DNA from: Cenarchaeum sp.
Lineage (GTDB): Archaea > Thermoproteota > Nitrososphaeria > Nitrososphaerales > Nitrosopumilaceae
DNA: 64,000 nt
Direction of reading: 5' to 3'
Assembly (NCBI GenBank): GCA_965242695.1
Contig: CBDESU010000001.1
Location: forward strand, 1,728,001 to 1,792,000
Part shown: in pieces, positions 37,008 to 47,655 of the stretch
Numbering within the stretch: the stretch's first letter is position 1
Layout of the letters: the number at the start of each line of letters is the position of its first letter
Made by a program: the position numbers and the translations under genes
Notes under the pieces: generated by a model
Databases searched by the model: none
What the model was told of the DNA's origin: nothing
What the model saw: only the letters and a program-made list of their open reading frames with translations

Positions 37008-38914
37008 CCGCCCCCGCCGCCGCCCCTGGCGCCAGCGCGCCGCGCCACCGACGCGTGGGACGGGTCCAGGTCGCGCCACACCACGTCGTAGCCTACGGCG
37101 GAGAGCATGTCGCCGTGGCACGATGCAGGGATGCCGTGGCCGTCCAGGATTCCGCACACGTCCGCGAACCGGCCGCCGGCGCCGACGGCGGCGGCGACGG
37201 CGGCCGACTTTTCGGCCGATGCGTAGTACCTGCCGGCCACCAGCACATGGCCCGGCAGCCTGCTGCCGAGTATGCGGACGGCCGCCTCGACGGGCGCGCC
37301 CAGGCGCTCGGCAAGCCCATGCGCGTCGACCAGCCCGCCGGCCTGCCCGGACTCGATGGCCGCGTCGATGGCCGCGGCGGCGGCCGCATCCCCGCCGGCC
37401 GGGCCGCCGGCGGCCCCCGCCGCCGCCGCATCGACCTTTTCGGCCACGATCTCGGCGTCGACTGCGGCCAGGCGCTCGAGGACGGGCTTGAGCGGGACGT
37501 CTCCGGAAAACGCGAATATCCTGCCGGCGGCGGCCCCGCGGCCGGCGCCGCGCCCCACGTCGAGCACGCCCTGCGAGCAGGCAAGGCCCGAGTCGACGGC
37601 GACCAGCAGGTCCGCCGGCGGGGCCCCGCCGCTGCCCTCGAGCAGGGCCGCGACCTTTTCGGACTTTTTCCGCATGTAGTCGCGCGTCCAGAATCCGACT
37701 ATCTCCAGGTACACGCGCCTGCCGAAGCGCTCGAACGCAAAGTCCGGTATCATCGCCCTGCCGGCGGCGATCAGCGGGTCGGGCTCGCGCACGAGGCGCC
37801 ACCCAAGGTGGTCCGCCGCGGGCCGCCGCGCCGCATCGGCGCCCCCCGCATGCCCCGCATCCCGCGGGGCAAAGTGCGACTCGAACGCGGCCGCAAACCT
37901 CTCCTCGACCGAGCTGTCGTACGGCGCCGGATCGCCTCCCCCGCCGCCGCCCGGCATCCGGAGGAGCGCCCCGTGGGCCTTGTCGGACAGGGCGAAGCGG
38001 TAGAGGCGCGGGCCCTCGGGATCGTCCGTGTGGCGCACTATCGTGCCGGACACCTCCCAGCCCGGGGCGGCCATTACGGCGGGCAGAACTCGCGCCATGG
38101 CCGTGCCGTACCTGTCCGTCATGCGGAACAGCGACTCGGGCCCCTCTACCGTGCAGCTTGCCACCTCTGCGCGCGGCTCGCCGTCCGGTCCCCGCACGGG
38201 CTCTAGCACGTACATGAGCCGGCGCCTCTTGACCTCGCGAAGCACCCTCTTCCAGTGGGCGCCGCCGCGCAGCCGCACCTCCATCGAGGTGCACCGGAAC
38301 AGGAGCGTCTGCGCAAGCGATCTGTTGTACAGGACGGCCAGCTCGGGCGCTCCCACCGGCCTGAACCGCCGCACCAGCATGCGCTCCTCCGAGTCGTTCC
38401 ACATGGCCTCCTCCAGGTCGTCCTCGCCGATCCCCATGCCGCGCGCCACGGATGCGACTATCGAGGCGCGGCCCTCGCCGGAGAGGGCCAGGCCGCGGGC
38501 CGCCGACTCTTCGAACAGGCGGCGGCGGGCCGTCTGGGGCGCCACGGCGGACCTTGGCGCGGCAAACTCGGTGCGCCGCTCCAGCATGGCAAACAGGCCG
38601 CGCACCAGGCGGTGGTCGCCTCCGTGCTCGAGCCTTGTCGCCGCCTCCAAGAGGCTGGCGCGCGTGGCCGGCCCCGCCGGCAGGCCCCCGCCGGCCCCGC
38701 CGCCCCCGGCCCGCTCCCCCGATGCCGAGTTGGCGGCCGCGGCAGAGGCAAACGCGGCGATCAGCTCGGATGCGGCCCTTGCGTCGGCGCCGTCCGGATC
38801 GGCCGAGCAGAACATGGGGTCATCCTCCCCCGCCGGGTCGTCGTCCTGAGCAGGTCGAGCGGGAGCATCAGCGGCGCCCCCGCCGCCGCGGACGCGGCCT
38901 GCGGCGCGCGGCAT
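37004..38914 (-). CDS. bax1: DUF790 family (Bax1-like) endonuclease
   Basis: YNRSLAQTLLF, EGPESLF..TDRYG, YDSSVEERF, REPDPL...MIPDF, EIVGFWTRDY; directly downstream of XPB. Confidence 0.88.
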   Translation of the reverse strand: MPRAAGRVRGGGGAADAPARPAQDDDPAGEDDPMFCSADPDGADARAASELIAAFASAAAANSASGERAGGGGAGGGLPAGPATRASLLEAATRLEHGGDHRLVRGLFAMLERRTEFAAPRSAVAPQTARRRLFEESAARGLALSGEGRASIVASVARGMGIGEDDLEEAMWNDSEERMLVRRFRPVGAPELAVLYNRSLAQTLLFRCTSMEVRLRGGAHWKRVLREVKRRRLMYVLEPVRGPDGEPRAEVASCTVEGPESLFRMTDRYGTAMARVLPAVMAAPGWEVSGTIVRHTDDPEGPRLYRFALSDKAHGALLRMPGGGGGGDPAPYDSSVEERFAAAFESHFAPRDAGHAGGADAARRPAADHLGWRLVREPDPLIAAGRAMIPDFAFERFGRRVYLEIVGFWTRDYMRKKSEKVAALLEGSGGAPPADLLVAVDSGLACSQGVLDVGRGAGRGAAAGRIFAFSGDVPLKPVLERLAAVDAEIVAEKVDAAAAGAAGGPAGGDAAAAAAIDAAIESGQAGGLVDAHGLAERLGAPVEAAVRILGSRLPGHVLVAGRYYASAEKSAAVAAAVGAGGRFADVCGILDGHGIPASCHGDMLSAVGYDVVWRDLDPSHASVARRAGARGGGGGG

Positions 38915-38938
38915 GGCGTGCTCCCCCGGGCGGAGCCG

Positions 38939-40486
38939 TCATTTCCCCCGCTCCCCTGCGGCCGGCGGGCCGGCCGCGGCCACCGCCCCGCCGTCCCTGC
39001 GGTTGCTGCGCGCCAGCGCCCCCATCCTCTTGGCGCTCGTCCCCGTCTCGCGCGTCTGGTCCGAGACGACCTCCACTATGCGCGCCCGCCCGCCGCCGGC
39101 CTTTGGCCGCAGCAGGCGGCCGAGCCGCTGTATGAGCTCGCGGCCGCTGCCCGTCCCGCTCAGGATGACGCCGAGCTGCGCGTCGGGCACGTCGACGCCC
39201 TCGTCGAGCACGCGGGACGTGGCGATCACGGGGTACCGCCCCGTGCGGAAGCCGCCGAGCACGTCCCGGCGCTCGTCCTTTGGCGTCCGGTGCGTTATGG
39301 ACGGGACCAGAAAGCGGGTCGAGACGGCGCGGACCATGCGGTTGTTGTGGGTGAATACGATGGTGCGCACGCCGGCGTGCTCCTCTAGTATCGAGCGCAG
39401 CTCGTCGAGCTTTGCAGAGCTGTTCATCGCAATCTCGGCGGCCCTGTTCCTGGCCAGCAGGGCCTCGCGGGCCGCCCTGTTCCGGTTGGACATCATTATG
39501 AGGCGCCGCAGCGTGTGCGCCGACGGCGTCGTCAGCCCGAGGCGCCGCATCCCAGACAGGAAGCGGCCCTGCGCCTCGTCGTACTCGGCCTGCTCGCCGT
39601 CCGCGAGCCTCACGCGCCGGCGCTCGACGTCGTACGGGGCCAGGTGCCCCTGCCCAGACAGCGCGGCCGGCCCCACCCGGAACACGACCCCGCCGGCCAG
39701 GCGCGGCACCAGCTCGTGCAGGCCGTCGTCCCTCTCGAGCGTCGCGGTCAGCCCGAGGCGGCGCGGGGCGATCAGGCACTCTGCTATCGTCCTGTACCCG
39801 CGCGCCGGCAGGTGGTGCACCTCGTCGAACACGACAAGCCCAAACCTGGATCCCACCGACTGGGCCCTGGCGTACGCCGAGTCGTACGTGGCCACCGTCA
39901 GGGCCGACAGGCTGTCGCCGCCGCCGCCGAGCCGCCCAATCTCCGGCGTCGCGCCGCGCGCCGAGCCGGCGCGCAGGTGCCTTGCCAGAACGCCGGCCCA
40001 CTGGTCCATAAGGTCGATGGTCGGCACGACGACGAGCGCCGGCACGCCAGCCTCCTGTATGGCCCGCACGGCGACGGCCGTCTTGCCGGCCCCCGTCGGC
40101 ATTACGACGCAGCCCCTCATCGAGGCGGCCTTCCAGCTGGAGAACGCGCGCTGCTGGTACGTGCGCAGCCTTAGGCCGCGCAGCGCAAGCGGCTCGGCGG
40201 GGAGGTAGTCGCGCGCGCGATCGACAAAGGGGATTCCGCTCTCCGACAGGTACGATGCAATCTCGGCGTAGTGCATCGCGCGGGCCCTGAGGGCGCCGGC
40301 GCCGGCGGCCGACGAGCCCGCCGCGCGCTCCTCCGTGCGCGTATTGGGGATGGCGACCGTGCCGGCCCCCTCGACCAGCAGCGTTCCGGCATCGAACGAC
40401 AGCACGATGCGCCCGCCCGGATCGGATCCCGCGGCCCCGCCTGCGCCGCCCTCCTGCGGCCCTGCCTGCGAGCGGGCGGCGATCAC
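38939..40486 (-). CDS. xpb: XPB-like SF2 helicase
   Basis: LRTYQ, PTGAGKT, DEVHH, GLTATLERDD, VLDEGVDVP, IQRLGRLLR. Confidence 0.93.
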   Translation of the reverse strand: MIAARSQAGPQEGGAGGAAGSDPGGRIVLSFDAGTLLVEGAGTVAIPNTRTEERAAGSSAAGAGALRARAMHYAEIASYLSESGIPFVDRARDYLPAEPLALRGLRLRTYQQRAFSSWKAASMRGCVVMPTGAGKTAVAVRAIQEAGVPALVVVPTIDLMDQWAGVLARHLRAGSARGATPEIGRLGGGGDSLSALTVATYDSAYARAQSVGSRFGLVVFDEVHHLPARGYRTIAECLIAPRRLGLTATLERDDGLHELVPRLAGGVVFRVGPAALSGQGHLAPYDVERRRVRLADGEQAEYDEAQGRFLSGMRRLGLTTPSAHTLRRLIMMSNRNRAAREALLARNRAAEIAMNSSAKLDELRSILEEHAGVRTIVFTHNNRMVRAVSTRFLVPSITHRTPKDERRDVLGGFRTGRYPVIATSRVLDEGVDVPDAQLGVILSGTGSGRELIQRLGRLLRPKAGGGRARIVEVVSDQTRETGTSAKRMGALARSNRRDGGAVAAAGPPAAGERGK

Positions 40487-40559
40487 GCCGCGGCCTAGCG
40501 CGGAGGGTATAACGGCATTGCGGCGCGGGGCCGGGGAGCGGCGGACGGCGGGGGCCGGA

Positions 40560-40658
40560 TGGTGCAGGGGACGGGATTCGAACCCGCGAACCCCTAGGAG
40601 AGGGGATGTCCCGGGACACTTGAGTCCCCCCCATTTGACCAGGCTTTGGTACCCCTGC
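40560..40658 (-). tRNA. tRNA-Leu(CAA) with an 11-nt intron (40608-40618); CCA encoded
   Basis: gcagggg/cccctgc acceptor stem, gggga-ctCAAg-[intron]-a-tcccc, long variable arm, gggttcgaatccc. Confidence 0.9.
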
Positions 40659-41011
40659 GCGCGCCCTGCGGCGCGGCCGTATTTGTCGATTGTGGACGGG
40701 CCGGCGCCTGCGGCACCGCGCCCTGCGGGCCGGCCTGCGCAGGCCTCCAGGGGGCGATCGGGCCGGCCGCAGGCGCCTTGCCAGGACGGGCAGGCGGTCG
40801 AGCATGGCGTCTGAACGAGGGCGATCGGGCCGGCCGCAGGCGCCTTGCCGCCCCTCTCCCCACCCCCCCCCCCCCACCCCCGCCGCCCGGCTCAGCCGAT
40901 GCCGGCCCCGACCGCAACGCCGGCAGGGGCCGGGCGGCAAGCATGGGCGCGGCGCGGGCCGCGGATCCGCCCCTAGCAAACTTTATAATCACCCCCGGTC
41001 GGCGCCGCGCC

Positions 41012-41326
41012 ATGAGCAGCAACGAGACTGTGACGACGGAGCAGGCCAAGAACATGCGCAGCGGCGTCAACATAGAGGCCGCGCTGACCAGAAAGGGAGA
41101 GTCCAGGACGGTCAACACAAAGGCGGGCAACCAGATCAACGTGTGCGATGCGTACCTAAAGGACGACGCAGGCGAGATCAAGCTCACCCTGTGGGGCGAC
41201 GACATTGAAAAGGTCAAGGATGGCGACCGCGTCAAGATCACCAACGGCTACATCAGCGAGTTCAGGGGAGAAGTGGCCCTTACAAAGGGCAAGTTCGGCA
41301 AGATGGACGTCACGCCCGGCGCCTAG
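41012..41326 (+). CDS. ssb: Single-stranded DNA-binding OB-fold protein (SSB/RPA)
   Basis: LKDDAGEIKLTLWG, GDRVKITNGY..EFRGE; tttataa box upstream. Confidence 0.9.
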   Translation: MSSNETVTTEQAKNMRSGVNIEAALTRKGESRTVNTKAGNQINVCDAYLKDDAGEIKLTLWGDDIEKVKDGDRVKITNGYISEFRGEVALTKGKFGKMDVTPGA

Positions 41327-41347
41327 CCCGGCGGCCCAGTGCCAGCC

Positions 41348-42046
41348 TCACCTGCGCTCGCGCCAGTCGCCGTCGTAGGCCCCGTCGCGACCCCGCGTTT
41401 TTCGCCAGTCGACAAGCGTGACGACCGCGCCGGCGGCCATCACCGTCATCCCCGCCAGCATCGCCAGGCCCGACACGGCGAGCGGGACGAGGGCGGCGAC
41501 CAGCTTCGAGTCGGGGTCGCCAAGGATGTCCACGCTCGACGGATCGTCGACGAACATCATGACGGCGCGAAAGGGCCGGCCGCCGTCGTTGCGCACCGAG
41601 AATACGAGCTCGCCGGCGTCGGGCACCGCGATCGTGTCGAACATGACAGAGTTCTCGCTGTACCTCGGGCCGTACGCGCTCGCGCCGAGGTCGTCCGATG
41701 CGGACACGGTGAATGCATCGCCCTCTTCGTAGTCGGCGATCTCCACGGCCCAGAGCAGGGGCTGGTCCGAGTCCCCCGCGGGCGGGATGCCGCCGCCGTA
41801 CGGGACATGGCGGAACTCTGCAGTGTCGCCGGCAAAGACGAGCACCTCGTCGGTGACGTCCGTAAACACGCCGTCAAGCAGGCTGCGCACGGACGCCATT
41901 TCGCCGTTGACCGTAATTGCATCAAGGTCAGCAGTGACGGAGAGTAGCGCCAAGAACGAGCCGGCCGTGATGGCGGCACCTATGAGGCCGACGATGGGCC
42001 CGCGGCGCCTCATCGGCTGAGACACCTCCGGTGCGCCGGCGGCCAT
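41348..42046 (-). CDS. Hypothetical membrane protein
   Basis: N- and C-terminal TM helices around an acidic domain. Confidence 0.65.
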   Translation of the reverse strand: MAAGAPEVSQPMRRRGPIVGLIGAAITAGSFLALLSVTADLDAITVNGEMASVRSLLDGVFTDVTDEVLVFAGDTAEFRHVPYGGGIPPAGDSDQPLLWAVEIADYEEGDAFTVSASDDLGASAYGPRYSENSVMFDTIAVPDAGELVFSVRNDGGRPFRAVMMFVDDPSSVDILGDPDSKLVAALVPLAVSGLAMLAGMTVMAAGAVVTLVDWRKTRGRDGAYDGDWRERR

Positions 42047-42254
42047 CCGCGGGCGGCGCGGCGCGGCATGGCAGAGGCGGGCGGCGGGCAGATGATCACC
42101 ATCGTGTGCGCCCCGCACGGCGGCCTTTATTCAAGATATGCGCGGTGGGACACAGGGCGGCGGGCGGCGGATGCGGGCATCCGTTCCATCGCAGATAACG
42201 ACACCCCGCTTCTAGACAGAGCCTGCGGGCGGCGCGCCTTGGCTTGCCGGCTGC

Positions 42255-43775
42255 CTAGCCAAGGTCCGGCTCGGTGCACGGGCTTGCTATGATATCGGCC
42301 ATGTTGCCCCCCGCGCTCTCGCTGTGATGAGACTGGAGGTTCCCGTCAGTGTCGGTGCACATGTAGATGAAGGTCGCAGTTTCAGTCTCCTTTGAATAGA
42401 ATATTTGCAGTGATTCGTCCACGCCTGGCACGGACAGCCTCAGCTCTGCCTCGAATGCCCCGAGGTCATAAAACTCGGTGTCGTCGTACTCGGGGAATTT
42501 TTCCTTGAAGACCAGCGCCTCTGGCAGGGAGCCGAGCTTTTCCTTGGTCTCGCCGCCCGACCTGTTGATCTCGTCGATCTCGCCGGCCATGCCGGCAAAG
42601 GACGAGACCGTCTCGTCGCCGCCGAACGCGTCGGCGAACGCGTCGGGATCGCCAAACACCTCGGCCGGATTCATCGAGACCATGGCGGTGATCATCTCCC
42701 GCATCTCGTCCGGCGCCGAGGCGAGCGCCTTGTCGAGCGCAGAGCCGAGTGTCGCGTCCGACGAGGCGTATCCGATCGACAGCATCTCGCTCTGGCCCGT
42801 CTCCCCCGCGTTGGTCACGTCGACCGGGGGAGCCGCCATCATCCCCGAGTTGAATGCGACCGCCCACAGCCCGACAAAGACCCCAATATCTCCGGCGCGC
42901 AGCGCCTCTATGGCCTCTATCCCAGTCGCATACCCCGTGTACTCCACTGACATCGAGTCGAGCCAGCGCGCTGCGCCGTACCCGGTCACGGCGCCGACAT
43001 CCATGCCGGACAGCGAGTCGACCTCCAAGGTCGTGCCGTCCGCGGTCGCCATGACTATCGGCAGGGTTGTATGAGTCTCGGTAAACGACATGTACTCGCG
43101 CATCTCTTCGGTCGGATCAAGCGCCATCACCACATCAGCTATTCCGTCACGGACTGCATCGCTGGGCCTAATCGGTGCACCTGGATCCGCGCCAAGCGCC
43201 GCGACGTCGACGGGCACAAAGTCGGCCGGCAGCGCTGCGTCAATCCAGCCCAAGTACGCACCGGACACTCCGCCGAGGCTGAGGGTGCTGTCGTAGAGGC
43301 CTGCATTCTGATCGTATAGTTCGACGGGCAGTCGATACGGGTCGTACGCTACGCGTATCTCGATTCCCGTCAGCCGCTCCGACTCTACATCGGTCAGGTC
43401 TATCTCGGGCACGTCTGGCATGGCGGTGCCCGACATCCCATCGCCCATGACATCGTCGCTCATCGCAGTCATGCCGTCGTCCATGCCGGCAGGCGCGTCC
43501 ATGCCGGCAGGCGCGTCCATGCCGGCAGGCGCGTCCGGCATGGCCGGCATCGGCTCCGATCCCCATCCCCTTTCAATGAGCACCGCCTTCGTGCCAGGCG
43601 AGACGCAGGCCATCGAGCCGTCGGCGTTCTTCATTATCGACTCGAGTCCCTCGCGGCACGCGGCATTCTGCTGGGCCGCCGCATCCGGCACTGCGGCCGC
43701 ACCCACGACCGCAAACGCAACTAGCAGGGCCGCCACAGAGACAGCTGCAATCGGCGACGCCCGCCTCTTGGTCAT
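42255..43775 (-). CDS. Secreted solute-binding-like protein (family 3-like) with Cys-pair N-terminal module
   Basis: Signal peptide; CREGL...ACVSP.T...LIERGW; PTEEMREYMSFTETH, VGAVTGY, LDKALAS; 3 x 18-bp (DAPAGM) repeat. Confidence 0.7.
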   Translation of the reverse strand: MTKRRASPIAAVSVAALLVAFAVVGAAAVPDAAAQQNAACREGLESIMKNADGSMACVSPGTKAVLIERGWGSEPMPAMPDAPAGMDAPAGMDAPAGMDDGMTAMSDDVMGDGMSGTAMPDVPEIDLTDVESERLTGIEIRVAYDPYRLPVELYDQNAGLYDSTLSLGGVSGAYLGWIDAALPADFVPVDVAALGADPGAPIRPSDAVRDGIADVVMALDPTEEMREYMSFTETHTTLPIVMATADGTTLEVDSLSGMDVGAVTGYGAARWLDSMSVEYTGYATGIEAIEALRAGDIGVFVGLWAVAFNSGMMAAPPVDVTNAGETGQSEMLSIGYASSDATLGSALDKALASAPDEMREMITAMVSMNPAEVFGDPDAFADAFGGDETVSSFAGMAGEIDEINRSGGETKEKLGSLPEALVFKEKFPEYDDTEFYDLGAFEAELRLSVPGVDESLQIFYSKETETATFIYMCTDTDGNLQSHHSESAGGNMADIIASPCTEPDLG

Positions 43776-43939
43776 GCCCACATTCAACGGCGTGGGCGCC
43801 CCGCGGTTCCTATTAAAGATGACCATCCAATGTTCAGCTTGGGCCGCATGCGGGCGCGCCGCCGCCCCTGCGCCCGCCCACGCCCACGCGACGGCCGCAC
43901 TGCAATGTTAATACCGCGCCCGGGCGGCGGCGCGCCGCC

Positions 43940-44254
43940 ATGTCGTTCCACCCCTCGCAGGTGCCCGTCGCAAAGGTGTTTGACCTGGTCGACACGGCCG
44001 GCGCCGAGAGGGCCGCAGCCGAGATGGTCGAGCTCGGCTTTGACGACAGGGACGACGGATTCAAGGTGCTCATGCCCAAGGACAAGAGGCTTGCAAAGAG
44101 GATAGGCCATACCGTGACCACATCCGTCAACTATGGGCTTGGCAGGGCCGGCAAGGATCGCAGTGTCAGGTTCTGGACGTACCACGAGGACGAGGACCAC
44201 TACGCCATCGTCCTAGTCGGCGTCGCCGCCGCCGAGAGGCTCGGCGCCGCCTGA
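43940..44254 (+). CDS. Hypothetical protein
   Basis: Coding-like 104-aa ORF; ttaata box upstream. Confidence 0.7.
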   Translation: MSFHPSQVPVAKVFDLVDTAGAERAAAEMVELGFDDRDDGFKVLMPKDKRLAKRIGHTVTTSVNYGLGRAGKDRSVRFWTYHEDEDHYAIVLVGVAAAERLGAA

Positions 44255-44938
44255 CCTGCGCGCCCGGCGCAGCCGAGGCCAGAGGCGCGACGCCGGGCGA
44301 AGCCTCGTCTTGCGGGCCATCGCGCCGGCGAGCAGCGCGCCGAGTATGCCGCTTGCGATCACGTCGGACGGATAGTGCTCCATCAGGTACACGCGGCTCA
44401 CGGCCATGAGGGCGGGGTACAGCAGGATCAGGTAGCACCCGCGCGGGAACCTCTCCGAGACGACAAGCGCCATCACGATGGCAAAGACGGCCGCGCGCGC
44501 GACGTGGCCCGACGGGTACGATGCGTTGTAGCCGCCGGCGCAGAACAGCGAGAACGTGTCGCCCGTGAGGTCCATTACGAACGGGTTGCCGGCGAACTCG
44601 TGGGGCGGCCGCTCCCTCTCGACCCCGCACTTTACGTAGCCCGTGACCAGCGTGGCAAGGACGAGCAGGATCATCAGGGTGATCCCGATGCGGCGCGTCG
44701 GCCGCAGTATGATCATGGCAACCGCAAACCCGAACATGTAGAAGACGTCGCCTGCCTCCGTCACCGACTGCATGAACAGGTCGGCCGCGGCGTTGCCGGC
44801 CGCCTCGTAAAAGTAGCCGGACGCGGCCTCGTCGGCGCCTGCCGTCGCCCCCGACATGACGATCAGCGAGGCGGCGACAAACGCGGCCGCCAGCAGGACG
44901 AACGGCCTCGATCGTATGTCGAATATCCAGGATTCCAC
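44213..44938 (-). CDS. PAP2-family phosphatase
   Basis: K....RERP, SYPSGH, SRVYLMEHYPSDV. Confidence 0.92.
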   Translation of the reverse strand: MESWIFDIRSRPFVLLAAAFVAASLIVMSGATAGADEAASGYFYEAAGNAAADLFMQSVTEAGDVFYMFGFAVAMIILRPTRRIGITLMILLVLATLVTGYVKCGVERERPPHEFAGNPFVMDLTGDTFSLFCAGGYNASYPSGHVARAAVFAIVMALVVSERFPRGCYLILLYPALMAVSRVYLMEHYPSDVIASGILGALLAGAMARKTRLRPASRLWPRLRRARRSGGAEPLGGGDAD

Positions 44939-45502
44939 CGCGGAGGCGCCTCGTGCGGGCGCTATTAACGTAGCAGGCGCCTCGCGCGGGCCTCCAGGCC
45001 AGCAACCCCCGTTGCGCGGCGGCGCGGATGCACGTCCGAACCTGCGCGGGGCCGCGATCCATGCAGGGATGCTGGCGCGGCGCCCGCACATGCCGCGCCT
45101 GCCCGCTACAAGCGCCCGCGTTTTGCCGACGGAGGGCATGCCGCGCAGCCCCTGCGCTCGCCCCGCCATCCGCCCGCCAACCGCGGCAGTCCGGCTCGCA
45201 CGGCCCGCGACGCGTCGGTGGGCAGTCGCACCGCCGCGTCCGCCGGCAAGGGCAAGGCCGCCGGGCGCAGGCCAAAGCTTGCCAGCCGCGAGATCGACGA
45301 AAAGCACATCAAGCAGGGAATGGAACCGGGCGAGTACATCATGGGCAAGCGCGACACGCTGCCCGTCCAACGGCGGATGCGCGACGGCAAGGGAGGCGTC
45401 AAGGCCTCGACCCTGCCGGGGGACAGAGGCCGCGCGGGCCGCGAATGCGCCCATGAAGGGTTTTAACAAGGGCGGGCGGGGGCGCCGATCGGACGGGCCG
45501 GA

Positions 45503-46741
45503 TTGAGGATACTCACGATAGACGACTTCGACTTTGCGGGCAAGACGGTGTTCCTTAGGCTGGATATGAACTGCCCGATCGATCCCGACACGGGCCGCAT
45601 AGCCGGCGCCGGCCGCATAGAGGAGGCCGTCGAGAGCATCGAGGCGCTGCGCGGCGCAAAGCTCGTCGTCGCCTCGCACCAGGGCAGGGTCGGCAGCGAG
45701 GACTACACGGGGATGGACGGGCATGCCGAGGTGCTGCGCAGGCTGCTCGGCCGCGACATCGTCCACGTGCAGGACGTCATCGGAAGCGCCGCCCGCCAAG
45801 CCATCGCCGCGCTGGAGGGCGGCCAGACGCTGCTGCTCGACAACCTGCGGCTGTGCGCCGAGGAGAACTACGAGTTTGCGCCCGACGCGGCAGCCCGCAC
45901 GATCATGGTAAGGAGGCTGCAAGGGCTGTTCGACCTGTGCGTGCTCGACTCGTTCCCGAGCGCCCACAGGTCGCACCCGTCCATAGTCGGATTCTCGCGC
46001 GCCCTGCCCGCGTGCGCCGGCCGCATAGTAGAGAGGGAGGTGCGCGAGCTCGACGAGATCATGACGGTCGCAAAGGCGCCGCACGTCATAGTCCTGGGCG
46101 GCTCAAAGGTGCCCGACCGCCTCGAGGCCATGCGCATGCTCATCAAGACGGGCAGGGCCGACCACATACTGCTCACGGGGCTCATCGGCAACGTCTTCAT
46201 GAGGGCGCAGGGCAGGATAAAGTCGCCGCTCGGGATCGCCCGCGAGGACGAGGTCGTCGCCAAGGCCCACTCGCTGATCGGCGAGTACCCCGACGTGTTC
46301 TCGACGCCCGTCGACGTCGCAGTCGACAAGGACGGCGACAGGGTCGAGATGGACGTGCGCGACCTGGGCAGGGGAGATCGCATACTCGACCTGGGCGCAA
46401 AGACGGTGGAGCACTACAACAGGATGATCTCGGGGGCGGGAACCGTCTTCATCAGCGGCCCGCCCGGCCTCTTCGAGAACAAGAGGTTCGAGGACGGCAC
46501 GAGGGGGCTGCTCGGGGGCGTGGCCGACTCGATGGCCACGACCATCGTAAGCGGCGGGCACCTCACGACGGCCCTGCGCAGGTACGGCCTGGAGAAGAGG
46601 ATAAACCACCTGAGCACCGCCGGCGGCGCCCTGGTGAGGTACCTCACGGGAAAGAAGCTGCCCATGATGCAGTCGCTCGAAGAGGCCGCCAGGCGGCACA
46701 GGGAGGGGGGCGCCCCGCAGGGGAGCGGCCGGGCCGGCTAG
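45503..46741 (+). CDS. pgk: Phosphoglycerate kinase
   Basis: RLDMNCP, SHQGR, AHRSHPS, LGGSKV, STAGGA. Confidence 0.96.
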   Translation: MRILTIDDFDFAGKTVFLRLDMNCPIDPDTGRIAGAGRIEEAVESIEALRGAKLVVASHQGRVGSEDYTGMDGHAEVLRRLLGRDIVHVQDVIGSAARQAIAALEGGQTLLLDNLRLCAEENYEFAPDAAARTIMVRRLQGLFDLCVLDSFPSAHRSHPSIVGFSRALPACAGRIVEREVRELDEIMTVAKAPHVIVLGGSKVPDRLEAMRMLIKTGRADHILLTGLIGNVFMRAQGRIKSPLGIAREDEVVAKAHSLIGEYPDVFSTPVDVAVDKDGDRVEMDVRDLGRGDRILDLGAKTVEHYNRMISGAGTVFISGPPGLFENKRFEDGTRGLLGGVADSMATTIVSGGHLTTALRRYGLEKRINHLSTAGGALVRYLTGKKLPMMQSLEEAARRHREGGAPQGSGRAG

Positions 46742-47655
46742 GGCGCCGCCAGCGACAGGACCGGAACGTGGAACGCGGCGTCGACTACGACGGCGGCGAA
46801 TATGACCGTCAGGTACGGCGCCGTCACCTTGTAGGCCTTCCACGCAAAGTCCGACGTCGGCGTCCTCGTGAGGCGGTAGTGGTACGCCAGCATGAGGCCG
46901 CCCGAGGCTGCCGCGATTGCGCCGTACACGGCGCCCATGCCGAACAGGCACAGCACGAGCGAGTACGGCAGGAGTATCGCCGTGTTTGCCAGTATGTAGC
47001 GCGAGGTCCTCTGCATGCCGACGACCACTGGCAGCATCGGGACGTCGGCCTGGCGGTACTCGTCGCGTATCTTCATGGCCAGGCACCAAAAGTGCGACGG
47101 CGTCCAGACGAACACCAGAAAGCCGACTAGGAAGCCGAGCAGGTCCAGCGTTCCGGTTGCCGCGGCCCAGCCGGCCCACGATGCGGCGCTGCCCGCTATG
47201 CCGCCGATCACTATATTCGACGTGTTGAGGCGCTTGAGCCAGACCGTGTAGACCACGACGTACGAGAATATGCCGAGCGCGATGAAGGCGGCCGCCGCCG
47301 CGTTGAGCGCAAAGTACCCGTACACGACCGACGCCGCGCTGGCGGCCAGGCCGTACGCCAGGACCGTTCCCGGCGAGATGCGCCCCGACGGGATCGGGCG
47401 ATCGCTCGTCCGCGACATCTTCGGGTCGATGTCGCGATCGTAGTAGTGGTTGAGCGCGCTCGAGCCGGCCGACGCGAGGGCCCCGGCGGCGGCAAGGTGC
47501 AGGTACGATGCGAGCGCGGGGCCGAACGGGTCGGACGCGCCAGGCGGCGCGTCCGGCGACAGGCTGGCGCCGGCGTACATCGACGCGAGCGCCGTTATGA
47601 CGAGCAGGACTATGATTCGCGGCTTTGAGACCTCGGCGATCTCGCGAAGTGGCAA
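46738..47655 (-). CDS. ctaB: Protoheme IX farnesyltransferase
   Basis: KPRI, NHYYDRDIDPKMSRTSDRPIPSG, YTVWLKR, WTPSHFW; start approximate. Confidence 0.93.
   Translation of the reverse strand: MPLREIAEVSKPRIIVLLVITALASMYAGASLSPDAPPGASDPFGPALASYLHLAAAGALASAGSSALNHYYDRDIDPKMSRTSDRPIPSGRISPGTVLAYGLAASAASVVYGYFALNAAAAAFIALGIFSYVVVYTVWLKRLNTSNIVIGGIAGSAASWAGWAAATGTLDLLGFLVGFLVFVWTPSHFWCLAMKIRDEYRQADVPMLPVVVGMQRTSRYILANTAILLPYSLVLCLFGMGAVYGAIAAASGGLMLAYHYRLTRTPTSDFAWKAYKVTAPYLTVIFAAVVVDAAFHVPVLSLAAP

Noticed and set aside
45218-45466. 82-aa ORF upstream of pgk
   Set aside because: Some coding-like stretch but no motif or clear promoter; cannot be supported
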